This document shows, in pieces, positions 43,471 to 59,439 of a stretch of DNA of 64,000 nucleotides. The first letter of the stretch is position 1. Every line of letters starts with the position of its first letter. Under the pieces are notes generated by a model, which saw only the letters and a program-made list of their open reading frames with translations, did no database searches and had not been told where the DNA came from. The stretch is from the human T2T-CHM13v2.0 reference genome, Homo sapiens: NCBI RefSeq assembly GCF_009914755.1, contig NC_060930.1; one strand, given 5' to 3'. The position numbers were made by a program, and so were the translations under genes.

Positions 43471-45978
43471 TTATCCTTTACTTTTATTAATAAACACCAC
43501 ATTTCATTATTTTGTTGACAGAAATTATGCTCATAGTGAGGGGGGAAAAGTGTTTTTCCATCTGAATTGGAATTTTGTCTTGTTTGTTTTCTGTCTATTA
43601 TTCTATTTTCCAGGAATTTTGAAGCCTGATTTTTAACATTGAACATATTTTCTGCCCTCCCTAGATTGCGTCAGATATGCAACTTGAATAGCATGTGTTA
43701 TGTTCTTATCCAAGTAGTTGATTAAAAGGCTGAATTGGAAAGCTTTATGCATTATGGCATATTAGTACTGTCAGTACATGAAATAGTTATCGTTAAGTAT
43801 TTCAGTTTGCTATAAATCAGTTTCCTCTAAGTTAACCGAATTCTCTAGTCCAGCTGTTTCCATCTTACCTTAAGAAAAGTAGTGACATTTTCAGGGGCCT
43901 TAGTGAAATCTTTCTATACTACCTCCTGTGACTGGCCCATCAATATGCCAAATCTAGCCCAACCAAAAAAGATAATTATGTTCATTTAGAGTCACTCATT
44001 TTAGTGTACCTATAGTGGTTCCTAGAAGTCAATAATTTATCTTCAGGTAATCACAAATGATTAATGAGCTATCAGTTTATTTTTCTGACAGTTGATATCA
44101 AGCTACTCGGTGTGTCATTTCCAAATTTTTTATTTCTTTTGAAAACCAGGTTTGTTTGTTTTTTTTTTTTCCTACTTCCAATTTTCTTTCTCAGTGATTC
44201 TTTTGAGATTACTGGTAATGGTACTGCAACTCAGAGGGTTGCTTTGACAGGACTAGAGACTTCATCCTGGATTTCACTTTCTTCTTAGCCATGGATATGT
44301 CATCCTTTTTAATTTTTTGCCTGTTCTCTTTGCTAAAGCTAAAAATAGGATTGGACTAGACCTGTTTTCTCTCTCTTACAGCTTAACTTCACCCAGTGGG
44401 CCTATTGCTTCTTGCCTCTTCAGCCTCTCAACATCCCTATAATTTTCTCGTTAGTTTTCCTTTGCATTGTTTACAAACTTCTGCATATGCTGAGCTTTCA
44501 CTTTCTATGCCTGTTCCTATAGACTTCTGTCATTTGCTTTTTGCTTTCGTTTGAGCTCTATTATGTGCCTTCTCGCCATCCCCTATATGCCTGCCCATTA
44601 GAAACTTGAGTTTATTGGGCCATATTTGTTTACTGAGATGCTTTCAGCATTGGTTCTTCCACAGACTCATTTGTGATGGAGTTGACAGAATTTGTTTCGG
44701 AAGAACATATTACAGACATGAGCCGCCACACTGGGCTTGTTTGCGTCAATTCTTTCACAGTGTTATCTGCTCTATACTTCCTCCGTATCTCCCTTTTGAT
44801 TGACAGTTAAAATCTTCACCTAAAAATAAAAAAAAATAATTAATCCAAATCTACAAAATTTCTACCAATAATTTCAAAGGCACTAGGGAATCATTTCAGG
44901 TTTCTTCCATGACAGTCAATCTCTTGATCATGTGTCTGGACAATTTCCTCTTGAGTGATGGCTATAATAATTTTTAGGAGGCTCTCTGCCACTTTGACAT
45001 TTTGTGCGCTAAACCTGCCTAACCCTACCCAGGTCAAATTTTGGTTGCTTTTATCCCCCTGCTAGGGAGCCCCCAAATACTTTACTCTCTTTTAACTACT
45101 TAAGGGATGAACAAAACAAGCAGTAAATTATTTTATTATTTGCCAGGCAAGAGGACACACACATGTTCATTGGTAATGCTACTTAGAGATTGAAGTTTGT
45201 ACCCTGGATAGGGGAAATGAAGTTTGCAGCCTGGATAGAGGAAATGAGTCCATAAGGCCACAAATGATTGGTTTTAACTAGTCCCATTTGTCATGGGGCA
45301 GTGAAGAGCCTTCACTTAGGGCCCTTAAGGGCCTAGCATACCAAGGATGCTCAAAGATCACAGTTTTATATCAGCTTTGGCTGGTGGGCTGTTCAGAATT
45401 CACAGCCAGTTACAGTGAAACTCAGCACCAAGCTTAGCTCCTGGGGAAGTGCTGCTACAAAGTGGATGTTCTTTGGCAGGACACAGGAGGAACCGCTGGA
45501 TCTCTCAGCCACCTTGTTATTTTCTGCAGCCTCGGCTGCTCCAGATTTCAGGTCTGTGGGACATCGCCACACTGTTGTGTCACAGCATGGCATGGTCTCC
45601 AGACCTCCTTTCTCCCCTGCCATGTGTTCTGCCCACCAAATCGTTTCAGTTTCTCTCTGGAACTTCAGAATAGTTTTCTTTCTTGCATATTATGTAAGTT
45701 ATTTTTCAACTTCCAGAAATCATGCTTAATGAAACATATCTTCAAAATAAAACTTCTGCTCCAGTTTGTGTTGCCGCAGAGTGAAACTATTGGCACTAGA
45801 AATTTGTGAATTTGAAGTCATAAATTGTAAGTGATTTGCATAGTTTAACCTCATTAAAGAGAAAATGAGAAATTAAGAAAAAAGTGGAAACCAGGACAGA
45901 TAAATTTGCTTATTATGAAGATCAAACATAAAACAGTTGAGTAGGCAGACAGCTAAAACTCTTGGAAATAATGGGGCT

Positions 45979-46297
45979 GGCCGGGCTTGGTGGCTCACAC
46001 CTGTAATCCCAGGACTATGGGAGGCTGAGGTAGGTGCATTACTTGAAGTCAGGAGTTTGAGACCAGCCTGGCCTCATGGTGAAACCCTGTCTGTACTAAA
46101 AATACAAAAATTAGCGAGGTGTGACAGGCTCCTGTAATCCCAGCTACTCGGGAAGCTGAGGCAGGAGAATTGGGAGGCAGAAGTTGCAGTGAGCTGAGAT
46201 CACACCACTGCACTCCAGTCTAGGCAACAGAGCAAGATTCTGTCAAAAGAAAAGGAAAGGAAAGGGAGGGGGGGGAGGGGGAGGGACAGGGGGAGGG
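45979..46297 (+). mobile_element. AluS with (AAAGG)n/G-rich tail
   Basis: Alu body; TSD-like aataatggggct / aataaatgaggct. Confidence 0.9.
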
Positions 46298-47331
46298 AAT
46301 AAATGAGGCTGATGTCTTGTTTCAATCAGGGTGGTGGCAAGGGGTGCTTTGGGGGCTGTGGCTTCTCTCTCCATTCACCTGTGCCATTGCCATCAGCACG
46401 TTCCACAGGCCACCCCAAATAAACATGCAGTTCTAATAAAAGGAGTCAGGTTGCTTAGCTGGTGCAGCTTTAAGACATATCCCTGACCTCCTCTCACTCC
46501 CCCAAAACTCAGTTTTGCCCCTAACTTCTAACTGCAGAGAAATTATAAAGTTAACACTAGCTTAAGTAAGGCCCTTCTTCCCTTTGTCTCTTCCTTCCTT
46601 TTTGTTGATTCTACAGTGTTGTTTCCTCTGAGAAATAATAATAGAATTTAAAAAAATTGTCATGTTAAACTGCAAAGCTTTTATTATTTTTTTAAAATCG
46701 TAATGCTTGCAAAAACATTTGGTCGGTAGGATTATTAAGACGTGACAAAATGATCTTTAAAAATAAGATGTACTTTCATACACAGTGGAAGAGTATTAAC
46801 AGAAATATGTGGGCAGCTTATTTTTGTTTTTGTTTTAATAAAAACAAATATTTGGTTTTAACCATAAAAAGTTCTCATGATACAATTATTTGTGTGTCTG
46901 AAATCATCACTAGAGAAAACTAAAGTGACTTTAAAATGTAAATAATACTTATTAAATACATGTGAACATAGTATAATTAATCCCTTGTAGGTAAAAGAAA
47001 ATTCTTTAAAGTTTGATTAAAAAAACGGAAGATTTTTGTTCATCAGATAATCCCCATATGATCTAGATTCATTTATTTACTTAGTTGTTTATTGTTATAG
47101 ACATTTAGGGATGGAAAATATCTTAAAAACAACCTAAGCTAACTTCTTGGTAGAGGTGAGCTACTGAGGTCTTAAGAGGTTGTTATTTAACCAGGGTCAC
47201 CAGACTCTCAGCTGCTGCAAGCCACAGACAGAGGTTTTCTCTTAGCAGAGTTGTGCTTTCATCTCACTCTACTTTAGCAGACCAATGATATCTCAAGCTT
47301 GCGTGTTTCTTTTAAGACCTCACTGAAGTCT

Positions 47332-47768
47332 TGCTGACCTAAAAGGAAGAAGCTGAGGCAAAATTAATGCAGGTAGAGTTGATTTGAGCCAAACTTGAGG
47401 ATTGTAGCCCAGGAGCATAGATTGAAGATGCCCTGAATATACACTCTGATTAGCAGCAGTTACAAGTTGATTTTTAAAGGCAAAAAAGAGATAGGAAGTG
47501 GGCTGATACAAAGTGATGTGCCAGGAATTCTTGTTGGCTTACAGAAATAGCATTGATTAGTGATTGGCTATGCATTAAGTTATAGTGTCTGGTGTGGCAT
47601 TATTAGATTAATTTATAGCTGCTTGTGGCAATAGCAGGCTGGTTCTGGAGATGAATACATAGCTCCAGCGGGAAGTAAGATGTGATTGCAGTCTCATTTT
47701 AGTGTCTCTGCAGCCTGATAATTTAAAAGGATGTATATTTCCCAGATAAAAGTTCTTTTCTTTTCTCA
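47332..47768 (-). mobile_element. ERV1 solo LTR, MER31-like
   Basis: ctaaaaggaagaagctgaggcaaaattaat...cattgattagtgattggctat...ttttctca; TG...CA ends. Confidence 0.6.
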
Positions 47769-50707
47769 GGCTAAAAGAGGTAGAACACTTATTCCAGAAT
47801 CTTTAAAATTTCCTGAGTTCCCCAATAATGCAGCCTTGATAGGCACACAATCTAATCTTAAGATACAACAGCTATCCATGTTATTTTCATGTGATAAAGA
47901 CTGCTAAGTTTCCAAGTATCATCCAAACCCAGCTCAGCCAATCCACATTTTTGTGTTGTTGGCATGGAGCAACCTTACTTACGCAAATTCCTGTAATAGT
48001 CAGGAAGCTCTTTCCCCTTTCTAGGTCAAGTAACAGAAAACAGATCAGACTACCTTAGGAGAAAAAAAAAAAGGAATATGGAGTTTCTGGTTCACATAAG
48101 TAAAAAGTCCCAGATAAGATTTGACATCAGGAATGCCTGGATTTGGGACTCAAATAATGTCATTATGACTCAGTTTGTCTGTATCTAAATCCTTCCTTTC
48201 TTTTAGCTTCCTTTTTCAGGCTTTACTTGATAAATGCTGCTAAGTCAGAATCTCTATTATGCAACAGCAGGCAAAGCAAATGCTTGCTATTAGGTCTCAC
48301 AAGTCCTGAGACTCACAGGGATTGGACCAACTTAGAGCCGGTGCTAGGTTTTGGAGTAGTGGCTGCCACTGGCAGAGGCAGAGACTCAGTGCTTTGATTG
48401 GACAGGCCCACATAAAGATGTCCTTCCTGGAGCTAGGATGAGTCCTACCCAGATCTGGTATTACAGAATAAGGAATAGATTGTAGGGAGGCCATTGAAAT
48501 CTACTGCAGTTTTCTGTAGTATGTCAGGCACTGTACTAGGCACTGGATTTAAAGCTTTTAAAAAGGAGAATGACATGCTTTGAGTCTCAGTGAGTTTTTA
48601 GACACTGTACATGTCACTGTAAATATCATAGTTAATTCCATCATTGAATGGATGATTTGACAAGATAACCTTTAAAGAACTTTCCTACTTGAGATTCTAT
48701 GATTTATGCTTCTTGGAAACAAAATGGAAAAGGTACAAATTCTTTCATTAGTTTAGGTAATTATATTTTCATCTTAAACTGTTTTAGAATTTTTAATATT
48801 GTGACAGCTTTATGTAGAATTCAGAAAACTCAATTTAGTGTTTAATACCACAACTCCACTAAAACAGTATCTGAATATAGAAAAATTAATTTATGAATAA
48901 AGAGCACTTTAAAAAATGTATAGTTGTCATGCCAGGGACATAATGGTTGGTAAATATGAATTTTCATTTTTGCTGATGCCATTGTGAAGTTGTAATGTAT
49001 ACATGCGTTAAAATATTGAGCCCCTCTTTTTAAGGGACCCTTTGATGTAGATGATTAAAGATTGAAGATTCTTTGGTCTAATCCATACAAACAGCAATGA
49101 AATTTTCCCTGATTTGGCTTTTGTTTGAACTGTAGCTGATATACTCCCTGCAGAGTCTCAGTAATAGTTAAAAACATATTTATTTTCCCCCATCTGATAA
49201 AATATTGTTATCATTCCATTTTGGTTTTCTTCAAAACCGCCTTTAACTCAGCCAAAATAAAGTCCAGCTGAGTTTTCTTATGGCTTAATGCAGGAGTATG
49301 GAAATCCACAGGAAATTTGGATGACTATTATTCCAACATTACAAATGTTCAAGAGAGTTTTAGAAACTGTATTGAAATTAAAAGGAATGCCTGGGAGCAG
49401 AACATTTAAAACCACATAAACAAGTACACATCTATGAGAAATTACCTTGCCTTTTATCAACAACTACTAAAAAATAAAAAAGAACACGTAGTAAAATCAA
49501 AGCAAAACTTTCTTGGTAAAGTCTGCTACTGGAGAGGGTGCTTGATAACTTAGTTAATTTCATATTAGGAAGTTGGTTGCACCTGTGTGTGCCAGGTGAC
49601 ATATTAAGTATGAAGAAACATTTATGATAGGAAATTCCAGCTCTCCATTTGGGGCAAAGTGTTCAAGCAGTGGGGAATTGTTAGGTCTTGGGGTAGTTAT
49701 CTCCTCACAAAATACCTTACATTATTCTTTAAATTAGATAAATGTTGAGTGAAGTTTGATTTCTCTCATTGTATGTGTGTAAAGCGACTTTGCTTGAGAA
49801 ATTAGCCTAAAAGTCTATGTAACATGGTCTGATTCAAGGTTTATATCAATTTATGAAATTTGACATAGATAACTTATAATTAGCCTGCTTCATCTTTCCC
49901 GGATTGAAGTTTGTTTCTCATTCATTCATTCATTCATTCATACATGCTCCACCTTTAAGGCATCTTCAGAAAAGTACACGTGTGTCACCTGTGTATAACC
50001 AGCCATGCCTTGGTCCAGTCCCAGGATTAAGTCACATTCAAAGAAATAAGTATATCAGAGAAAATAATTGAAAATAAATATTTACTTCACCTTTCAGAAA
50101 ACATCCAAGGGGGTAATAAATGCCATATATTTGATAAAACTTTAAAATCCTCTTTCTCCATCTCTCTGACCTTTTACATGTCTCTCAGCTACTTCCCCAA
50201 ACTCTTTCTCCTTTTTGAAACCCTTCCCATATCCAGTCAGTGTATCTCCTCATGTCCTTACCTTTTCCCCTTCTTTCCTTTTAGGTTTATTTTCTTCTAT
50301 TTCTTCTCTCACTATATTTCTTTTTCCACTTCTCCCCCTAATTCATTTCCCACACCTGTGTTCATAAGCTCAGAACCAGGAAAAGGAAACAAACCCAGAG
50401 TTCCCTTAGGAGGCAGCATGAGGAAGGAGGCTGAGATCATCCATATGCTATTATATTTTCTCATCATTGCACTTATTAAAGAAATTACGATATACTATTT
50501 AAAAATGGAAAGTCCAGACCAGGGAACATATAAATTGGCATGAAAAATGGGACAGTAAATTGCATGCTGCTCTTAGTTGTATGACTGATGCAGAACTACT
50601 TCATGGTCGGTGTTAAAAAGGGACTCCTTCCCATATTTCTTCCTCTTAATGAGTAGAGCACACGCCAGTCCCTTTGATAACAAAGCCCTTCGTAGTCCTT
50701 AACTCTC

Positions 50708-51270
50708 TAGGGGCTAAGGAAAAACTTCCCCTTCACCCTCTGAAGCTTCACTGAAAAATGAACTCATAAAAGGCAGATTAATAAGAGAGAAGCATACAAT
50801 TTTTTTTTAACATTCATGAGGAGAACCCAAGTGTTTGGGAGACCATGAAGTGTTTACCCAAGCCTACAATGGGGTGCAGAAGCTTCTATACCATCTTGAG
50901 GTCACGGAAAGAATGGGGCTCAGGGCATGGCCAAAAATCAAGATTACAGTGGCAAGATAGATTATGGGGAAGGAAAGAAGAGGAGGAGGCCTGGCTTGTG
51001 AAGGTAGTCTTGTTATACAGATGAAACCTGATAGGTGGCAGCCATCAGAGAGGATAGGTGGTAAATGCTTCTTTCAGATCTTTAAAGGTGTCCGACTCTC
51101 AGTTAAATCTTTCCTAGATCAGGACAAGGGAAGACCTGGCTGGATTGATGCAAAACTCCCCCATGAAAGACAGCTTTGCAGGGGTACTTCTGTTTGCAAG
51201 CCCTCTGAACAGCCATCTCAAAACATGTCAAAGAAGCATATTCTGGAGTGAAATGCTTTTATTTCCTTCA
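50708..51270 (-). mobile_element. ERV1 MER4-group solo LTR (MER34/MER39-like)
   Basis: aaaacttccccttcaccctctgaag...aaaaggcagattaata...tgtcaaagaag...atttccttca. Confidence 0.6.
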
Positions 51271-51757
51271 CTAGAGGTGTTCTCTGGTTCTCCAACACCA
51301 GTTGAGTGTCCAACAATTCCATTCAATTTTGACACTAACTTCTCAGAGTTAGCCTCAGACTCCACAGATTTAAGAGCTCTGTTGTAAGTCCCAGGTCCCC
51401 AGACCACCTGTACTTTTGTCCACCTTGACTGCAAATTTGGGGTTTCCCATGACCGCCTCCTCAGGTTTGAGAGTTCACTAGAACTGCGCAGGGGACTCAG
51501 GAAAACACTTTTCTTACACTTAACCAGTTTATTATAAAGGATATAACTCAGGAACAGCCCAATGGAAGAGAGGCAGAGGGCAAGGTATGGGGGACTCAGG
51601 GGTGGTAGGTTGGGGGATTCAGGGGTGGTGCCAACAAGCTTCCATGCCCTCTCTGGGTGCACCACCTTCGCAGACGCATAGTGTGTTCATCACCCTGGAA
51701 ACTTTCAGAACTTCGACATTTAAGGGTTTTTCTTGGAGGTTCATTACCTATGCATGA

Positions 51758-52092
<335 letters not shown>

Positions 52093-53189
52093 TAGGCCTT
52101 AGTGATTTAACTCTATCTGCTGTCCCCTCCCCTCTTGAGAAGTGGACTGTCGGGTGGGGCTGAAAGTTCCAACCTTTTAATCCTGGCTGGATCTTTCTGG
52201 TGGCTAGACCCCATCTAGAAGCTCTCGAGGCACCTCCCTCCCTCCGCAGCTTTGAGTCATCTCATGAGAATACAAAAGACGCTCTTTATCACTCACGAGA
52301 TTCCAGTGTTTTAGGAAGTCTGTGCCAGGAACCTGGGGACAAAGACCAAATACAGTCATGTTCCACATAAGCCACTGGCCTCATTTATGATGGTGGTTCC
52401 ATAAGATTATGATGGGGCTAACAAATTCTATCATCCAGTAACATTGTCACCGTCATAGTGCAACACATTACTCAGTGATGCTGGTGTAAACAAACCCACT
52501 GTACTGCCAGCTGTGGAAAAGCATAGTACATACAATTATTTACGGTACATAATACTTGATAATGATGATAAATGACTGTGTTACTGGTTTATGTATTTAC
52601 TACACTAGTTATTATTATTTTAGAGTGTTTTCTGATTATTAAAAAAAAAAAGCTAAACAGAACAGCCTCAGGCAGGTCTTTCAGGAGGTGTTCCAGAAAA
52701 AGGCATTGTTATCATAGGAGAGGATACTTCCCTGTGTGTTATTGCCCCTGAGAACTTCCAGTGGGACAGGATGTGGAGGTGGAAGACAATGACGTTGATG
52801 TTCCTGACCCTGTGTAGACCCTCTGTGTTTATGTCTTAGCTTTTGACAAGTTTAAAAAGTAAAACAAAAAAGTTAAAAATTTTAGAAATAGAAAAAAGCT
52901 TATAGAATAAGCATATAAAGAAAATATTTTTGTATGCTATACAATGTGTTTATATTTTTAGCTAAATATCAAAAAGTTATTTAAAAACTGATAAAGTAAA
53001 AAAGTTATAGTAAGCTAAGGTAGTTTATTATTGAATGAGGGAAAAAATTATATAAATTTAGTGCAGCCTAAGTATACAGTGTTTAGAAAGTCTGCAGTAG
53101 AGCACAGTAAGCACATTTACTCACCACTCACTCTCTGACTCCCCAAGAGCAGCAACCATACATGGTAAGGACCCTATACAGGTATATCA

Positions 53190-53484
53190 TTTTTTCTTTT
53201 CTTTTTGAGACAGGGTCTTGCTCTGTTGCCCCAGATGGAGTGCAGTGGCATGATCATAGCTCACTGTAGCCTCAAACCTCCCAGGCTCAGGTGGTCCTCC
53301 CACCACAGCCTTCTGAGTAGCTGGAACTACTCAGGATGCCACCATGCCTGGCTAAATAAAAAAAAAAGAAAATTGTAGAGACAGGGTCTTTCTAGGCTGG
53401 TCTTGAAACTCCTGGGCTCAAGCAGTTCTTCTGCTTTGGCCTCCCAAAGTGCTGGGATTACAGGCTTGAGTCATCGTGCCTGGA
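53190..53484 (-). mobile_element. AluJ inside Tigger3
   Basis: gatcatagctcactgtagcctc, J-type. Confidence 0.88.
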
Positions 53485-53497
53485 CACCATTTTTTAA

Positions 53498-53881
<384 letters not shown>

Positions 53882-55717
53882 TACCTTTTATGTTTTTACA
53901 CCTGTTTAGATACACAAATACTTACTGGTTACAACTGCCTACAGGATTCAGTACAGTAACATGCTGTACAGTTTTGTAGCCTAGTAGCAATGGGTTCTAC
54001 CATATAGCCTAGGTGTGTCATAGGCTATTCTATGTGGGTTTGTAGTAAGTATATTCTATAATGTTTGTATAATGACAAAATCACCTAATGACACGTTTCT
54101 CAGAATGTATCCCTGTCGTTTAGCAAGGCATGATTATATTTATTTATTTTTTGTTATACCACAACCTGTGGTTGGTTAAAATCAAACTGGTAACTTGAGA
54201 GGTGGCCATTGTTGGATTTTTTTTTAAGAGCGTGATCAAGACCGTCTTGTGATTGGATGGTCATTGTCATGGAAATGCACCCTCAGAAAGATGAAAGCAA
54301 GGCCAAGATTTTTCTTCAAAATCTATTTTGGGTTTGCCTTTACATGTGAATGAATTATCCAGACTCAGAGTTCTGCACTAACTTTAGAAGGAAAAAAATT
54401 TAGAGTAGGTACTACCAGTCTACCACCCCAGAAATTCTGTTTTTGAGCAACATCACTTCCCAAGCAGTAGCCAGCATGTAGCAATTGGAAAAAATACCTC
54501 TAAGATGTTGAATGGACATGTTGGATGTAAACCAACTAAATTGAGAGCATCTGCCAAAATAAGTTTTAAAATTTCATACCTGATATTAGATTATTCTTTC
54601 TGAAAGTACCTGTAATGACAGAATGATTTATGAGGTCACTTCTAGTTTATGACAATGAAAGTATATTATCATAAAAGGGTACGTATGTCTAAAATTATTC
54701 AAAAGCAATGTCAGATTAATATAAGAGTTTATTTTTTAAAGTTGAGAGGAGAGAGAAGTTAAGCTAGAACATATTCTAATTTTATGCTACTTATAAGTGT
54801 TTTCTGTCATCAGGCCATTTCTGCTGATCATAAACTATGTTTCCCTTACGAGGCTTTCAGTAGAGTATTAGTTTATATACTAAACTGATTCGTTTCAGGA
54901 TTCTGTATTTTAGCCCTTATTTCCCTCAATATTTCTACAGTTTAAGTAGTTAACGGGAAAGTCAGTTAAAATTGGATGACAGAGTCGCTGGCATCATTGA
55001 GTTTGTGCTTGCTTGAGATTTTTCAAGATAGTATGCTTTGTGTTTGACTAAAATGTCTTCAAGAAAACAACATTTTGCTGTTTTTCCAGAATTATGTCAC
55101 TGCAATATATTGCTGTTGTAGCAAAATATATGTGTCACGAAAATATATGCCAATGCTGCTTTCTATAAGATTCATTGAGTAGTCAGAGAATACAGTTCAT
55201 TTTGAGTAAAAAGCATTTCTAAAAAAATAATTTAAAAAGGTTTCCTTTACTAAGGAATTCTAGCAAAATAAAAAAATATTTTGGGAGACTTTCTTGGCTT
55301 TGTAAGGGATTATAAACAGCTTTGTGTAAGGGATTATAAACAATGATGAACTGATTCAATGCAGATCTAAGTAATTAGATATGAAAATGAGACTTAACTC
55401 TTTAGAAATCCTACCTGTTAAAATTTTCCTTCTAATACTCCCACTTCCAAGAGGCTGTTTTGAAGTCATCCACCATAAATAAAAAATTCACATCTGTAAT
55501 ATTCTAATTGCAGATTTCAGGGTAGTCTTGAATAAACCTTTTGCTTTTGCTTTAGAAATATGTTTATTGCTACTCACTGCCAGTAGTGAATTTTTTCAAG
55601 TATCATAGACAATACATTGAATAGCCATAGTAATGATTTAGACATAGACACTAAGACACTAATGTGATATGATGCTCAGTTTGCAATTATTTGTAACATA
55701 AAAGCTAAGTTAGCCAG

Positions 55718-56157
55718 TGTGGTAGGCTGAATAGTGACCCCCAAAGATAGCCAGTTCCTAATCCCTGGTACCTGAGAATGTTACCTTTTATGGCCAAAGA
55801 GATCTTGCAGATGTGATTAAGGGCCTTGATATAGGGACATTAACTTGGATTGTCTGAATGGGTCCTATATGCAATCCTAAGTGTCCATATAAGAGGGAGG
55901 TTTGACTGCAGAGAAAGCAGTGTGCCATGCAGCTGGCTTTGAAAAATGGAGGAAGGGGCTACCAGTAATATAGCTCTAGAAGCTGGAAAAAGCAAGAAAA
56001 GAACCTCTAATGGGGAGGATGGCCCTGTGGACGCCTTGATTTCAGCCTGGTGAGTCTGATTTTAGACTTCTGACCTCCAGAACTGTAAGAGAATAAATGT
56101 GTGTTAAGTTACCAAGTGTGTGGTAATTTGGTACAGCAGCCATAGGGAATTAATACA
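55718..56157 (+). mobile_element. MLT1D-like MaLR solo LTR
   Basis: tgtggtaggctgaata...cttctgacctccagaactgtaagagaataaa...taataca; 5-bp TSD (g/t)ccag. Confidence 0.8.
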
Positions 56158-58185
56158 TCCAGTCAATTTAACTATGTTAAATAAGCTACGTGCATAATAT
56201 CAATGTAAAGCAAAAGAGAATAAACAACTTCCAAATACTTTCTTTAAATTTCTCTTTGCCAAATTTGATTAACTTCTGAGTTGCGGTGTTTGTCAGCTTA
56301 TTCTTGGTTGATAAGCAGTAAAATTCCTAATATTTAAATATATTTGTAGGCCTTTTTGTTGACTTATAGCACAACACAATTCTCTTATTACCTGGAGTGA
56401 GTTCCCTTTTCTGGTTCCCTTCCTTAATTTATAGATGAGATATATATTACCATTGTCTGCACCATCAATTTCTCCAAACCATTTTTAGGCCGTGACTCAG
56501 CATTCTGACTTCTAGAAAAGGGAACCAAATTCTCACATGGGGCAATGTATACATTCAACAAAGGGCTGTTTTGTTTTATAAATAATACAATGTAGACATT
56601 CTACACAGTGTGCATCCATTTTGCAGCAGTGTCATTTTGATCCTGGTACTGGGGGATGCTTATAAGGTTTTCTGAAATGTCCCACCCCAAGGCTTCTCTG
56701 AGAGAGAATTTGGTTTTGGCCATTTCTGGCCCCCACACTTTGGTTACCGGGGTCTTCTAAGACCTGCTGACCCACCACTGTTTTAACAGTACAAGGAAAT
56801 CCTAGAAAAGGAAAATTGAATTGTTGTGGTTTCCCCTGATTGGCATTCTGTTTATCTGTCTTTATTAGAATGTGGTTGTTCTTTGAGGCTAGGGGAAATG
56901 CTGTTGTGTGTATGTGTACCCATCTGAAGGATATATTGCTAGTTATTGAACACAAAGCCAAAGAATCTCTTTTCCTAACTGTATTGGTTCTTTGAAGCCG
57001 GAGTATTTTCATTTTAACTGATGAATTTCAGTTTTAGCAGTGGGAAGAATCTCATTATCACGATTAGAAAAAAGGAAAAAAAGAATGCATGTCTCCATGG
57101 GTTACACTAGAATCAGGAACATCCACAGGTTTTTCCAGTGATTACTCTTAAATCTTTTGTTTTTATTTGGCCAGAATTCCAAGAGAAAATTTTCTTCAAG
57201 TGAGTTGTTGTTTTAACTGTTTTTCTCCCTTTGCCTTTAAGTTTGACTTAATTTGGCATATAATGTCTCATAAGTGGGGATTTTCAGTGGAAATGGAAAA
57301 CTATGAAATGACAAAATGAAATGGAGTTCAAAGAGTGATGTTCTTCTAGAAATAATAAGTGGCTTTGTATTGATGACTAAATTCATAGAGTTAAATACAA
57401 TTAATATTTATGTAGAGTGAGAAAAAGGACATGAACATATATTAATACCTGGCATTTGTCACATACCTTCTTTTTTGTGTTAAATATGTTGTGCTTTATA
57501 TGTTCTCTCATTTACTTGGATTCTTTGAAATCCCCAAGTAAGAATAACAGCAGCAGCACAACAAATTAGTAACTTTTGTTTATTAAGCTCTTCCTGGAAA
57601 CCAGGCACAGGTTGTGTTTAATAGTAAAGTAAGCTTTCTCTGTACCATTTGCTTTAATCACCATTAAAAACCCATTGGAGGCTATTATTTTTATGTCAAG
57701 GACAACAAACCTGAGGCTTAGATTTGGTAACTCGCCAAAGGATGTGCATCCAAAGTACAAGACGATTCAAACACAAACGTTTCTGCCCAAAGACTGAGCT
57801 CGTTCCATTGTCAGAGGTGGCAGAAGTCAGAATTAGACGACCAGGAAAAAACAGCCTAGGCCCTGAAGGTCAGAACAATGCAATGACAAGGCTGCAGCCA
57901 GAACAGCCAAGAAAAGAACCAAGAGAAGGTCCCTGGAGGGAGGCAGACCAGCTCTATCTGATTTAAAAAAAAAGTGATGTGGGATTGCAGTCCAGCAATT
58001 TACTAAGCTAGCTGGACTCAGGAGAAAGAATGAACCACTAAACAAGAGGTAGCAAAATGTTGCCATAGCTGCAGATATTTAATTTTGTTGTTGTTTGTTA
58101 ACCTTATAATTACAAAAGTAATATATGCTTACCGTACAAAAGATTCAACACCACCACATTACATACCTATAAAGTAAAAGTTCTT

Positions 58186-58493
<308 letters not shown>

Positions 58494-59439
58494 TCATTGA
58501 CCAACCGTTTTCTCATACATCCACCGAACCTGTATATATCCATATCTATGTGTATATTTGGTCTTGAGGGATTTTGCTTTTTTTGTTGTTGTTTTTTCCA
58601 CAAAAATGGAGTCATGCTGCAATACTGTTTTACATCTTTTTTTCATGAAATAATGCTATAGCTACATATTTTATATTAGTACTCTATTTCCCTACAGAGG
58701 CGATTTTAAGGAGAAAGTTTGTATGAAAGAAGACTTTCATGGGTCTGTTCTCATGGCTGGTCAATTTTGATATTTTCTAGTTTTCTTCCTGGAGCTATTA
58801 GCCCCAAATTATAGAGCAGTGTTTTGTTGTTGTTCTTGGTTTGGTTTTGGTTGTTTTTTTGTTTGTTTTTATTTTTGCTTTTAATAGCCTTTGTAGAGGA
58901 ATGGGCTTCTGACTGTCTTGGCTTCTGGACTTTTCCAGGGCTAGAAATTCTGCAGTGGAAGGAAAATGTAATCAAATGTGAGACTTAGAAAAAACATAGG
59001 GAAGTGCAAGACCCTTGTGATGGTTTAGTTTGGATATAAAAAAGAAAAAAAAATTTTTTTTTTTTTTTAATCAAAACAACTTTAACACATTTCCTACTCT
59101 TCTCCGCCAAGGGCAAACTATTAGAGCCAGACAGGACCTTGAAAATCATGTTAGCCTCTTGCTTTTGTTTACTTAGAAGTCCCAGGGGGTTTATCATATT
59201 TCCAATGCAGGTTGCAGGGCTGATTACAGAGAAAGCCAAGCCCAGAACCCAAATCTGTGTTCCAGTCTTTCTGTGAGTGCACAATCCATTGAAGCCCACT
59301 AAATTTTCAGGCCCCCACATAGTTTGTAGAATTTTCAGAGTCCACTGGATTTTATTTTAAAGTTGACGTTTACATATATGCCATAGCCACATTTAGAGGG
59401 GCTTCGGGGAGGCCCTGTGGCAGTTGGCTGTAACCTAGG

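Noticed and set aside
45643-45654. ISRE-like gtttcagtttct (also GAAACTGAAAG at ~18627 in a MIR)
   Set aside because: Short motifs expected by chance; the interferon-induced short NCOA7 isoform uses an internal promoter far downstream of this window.
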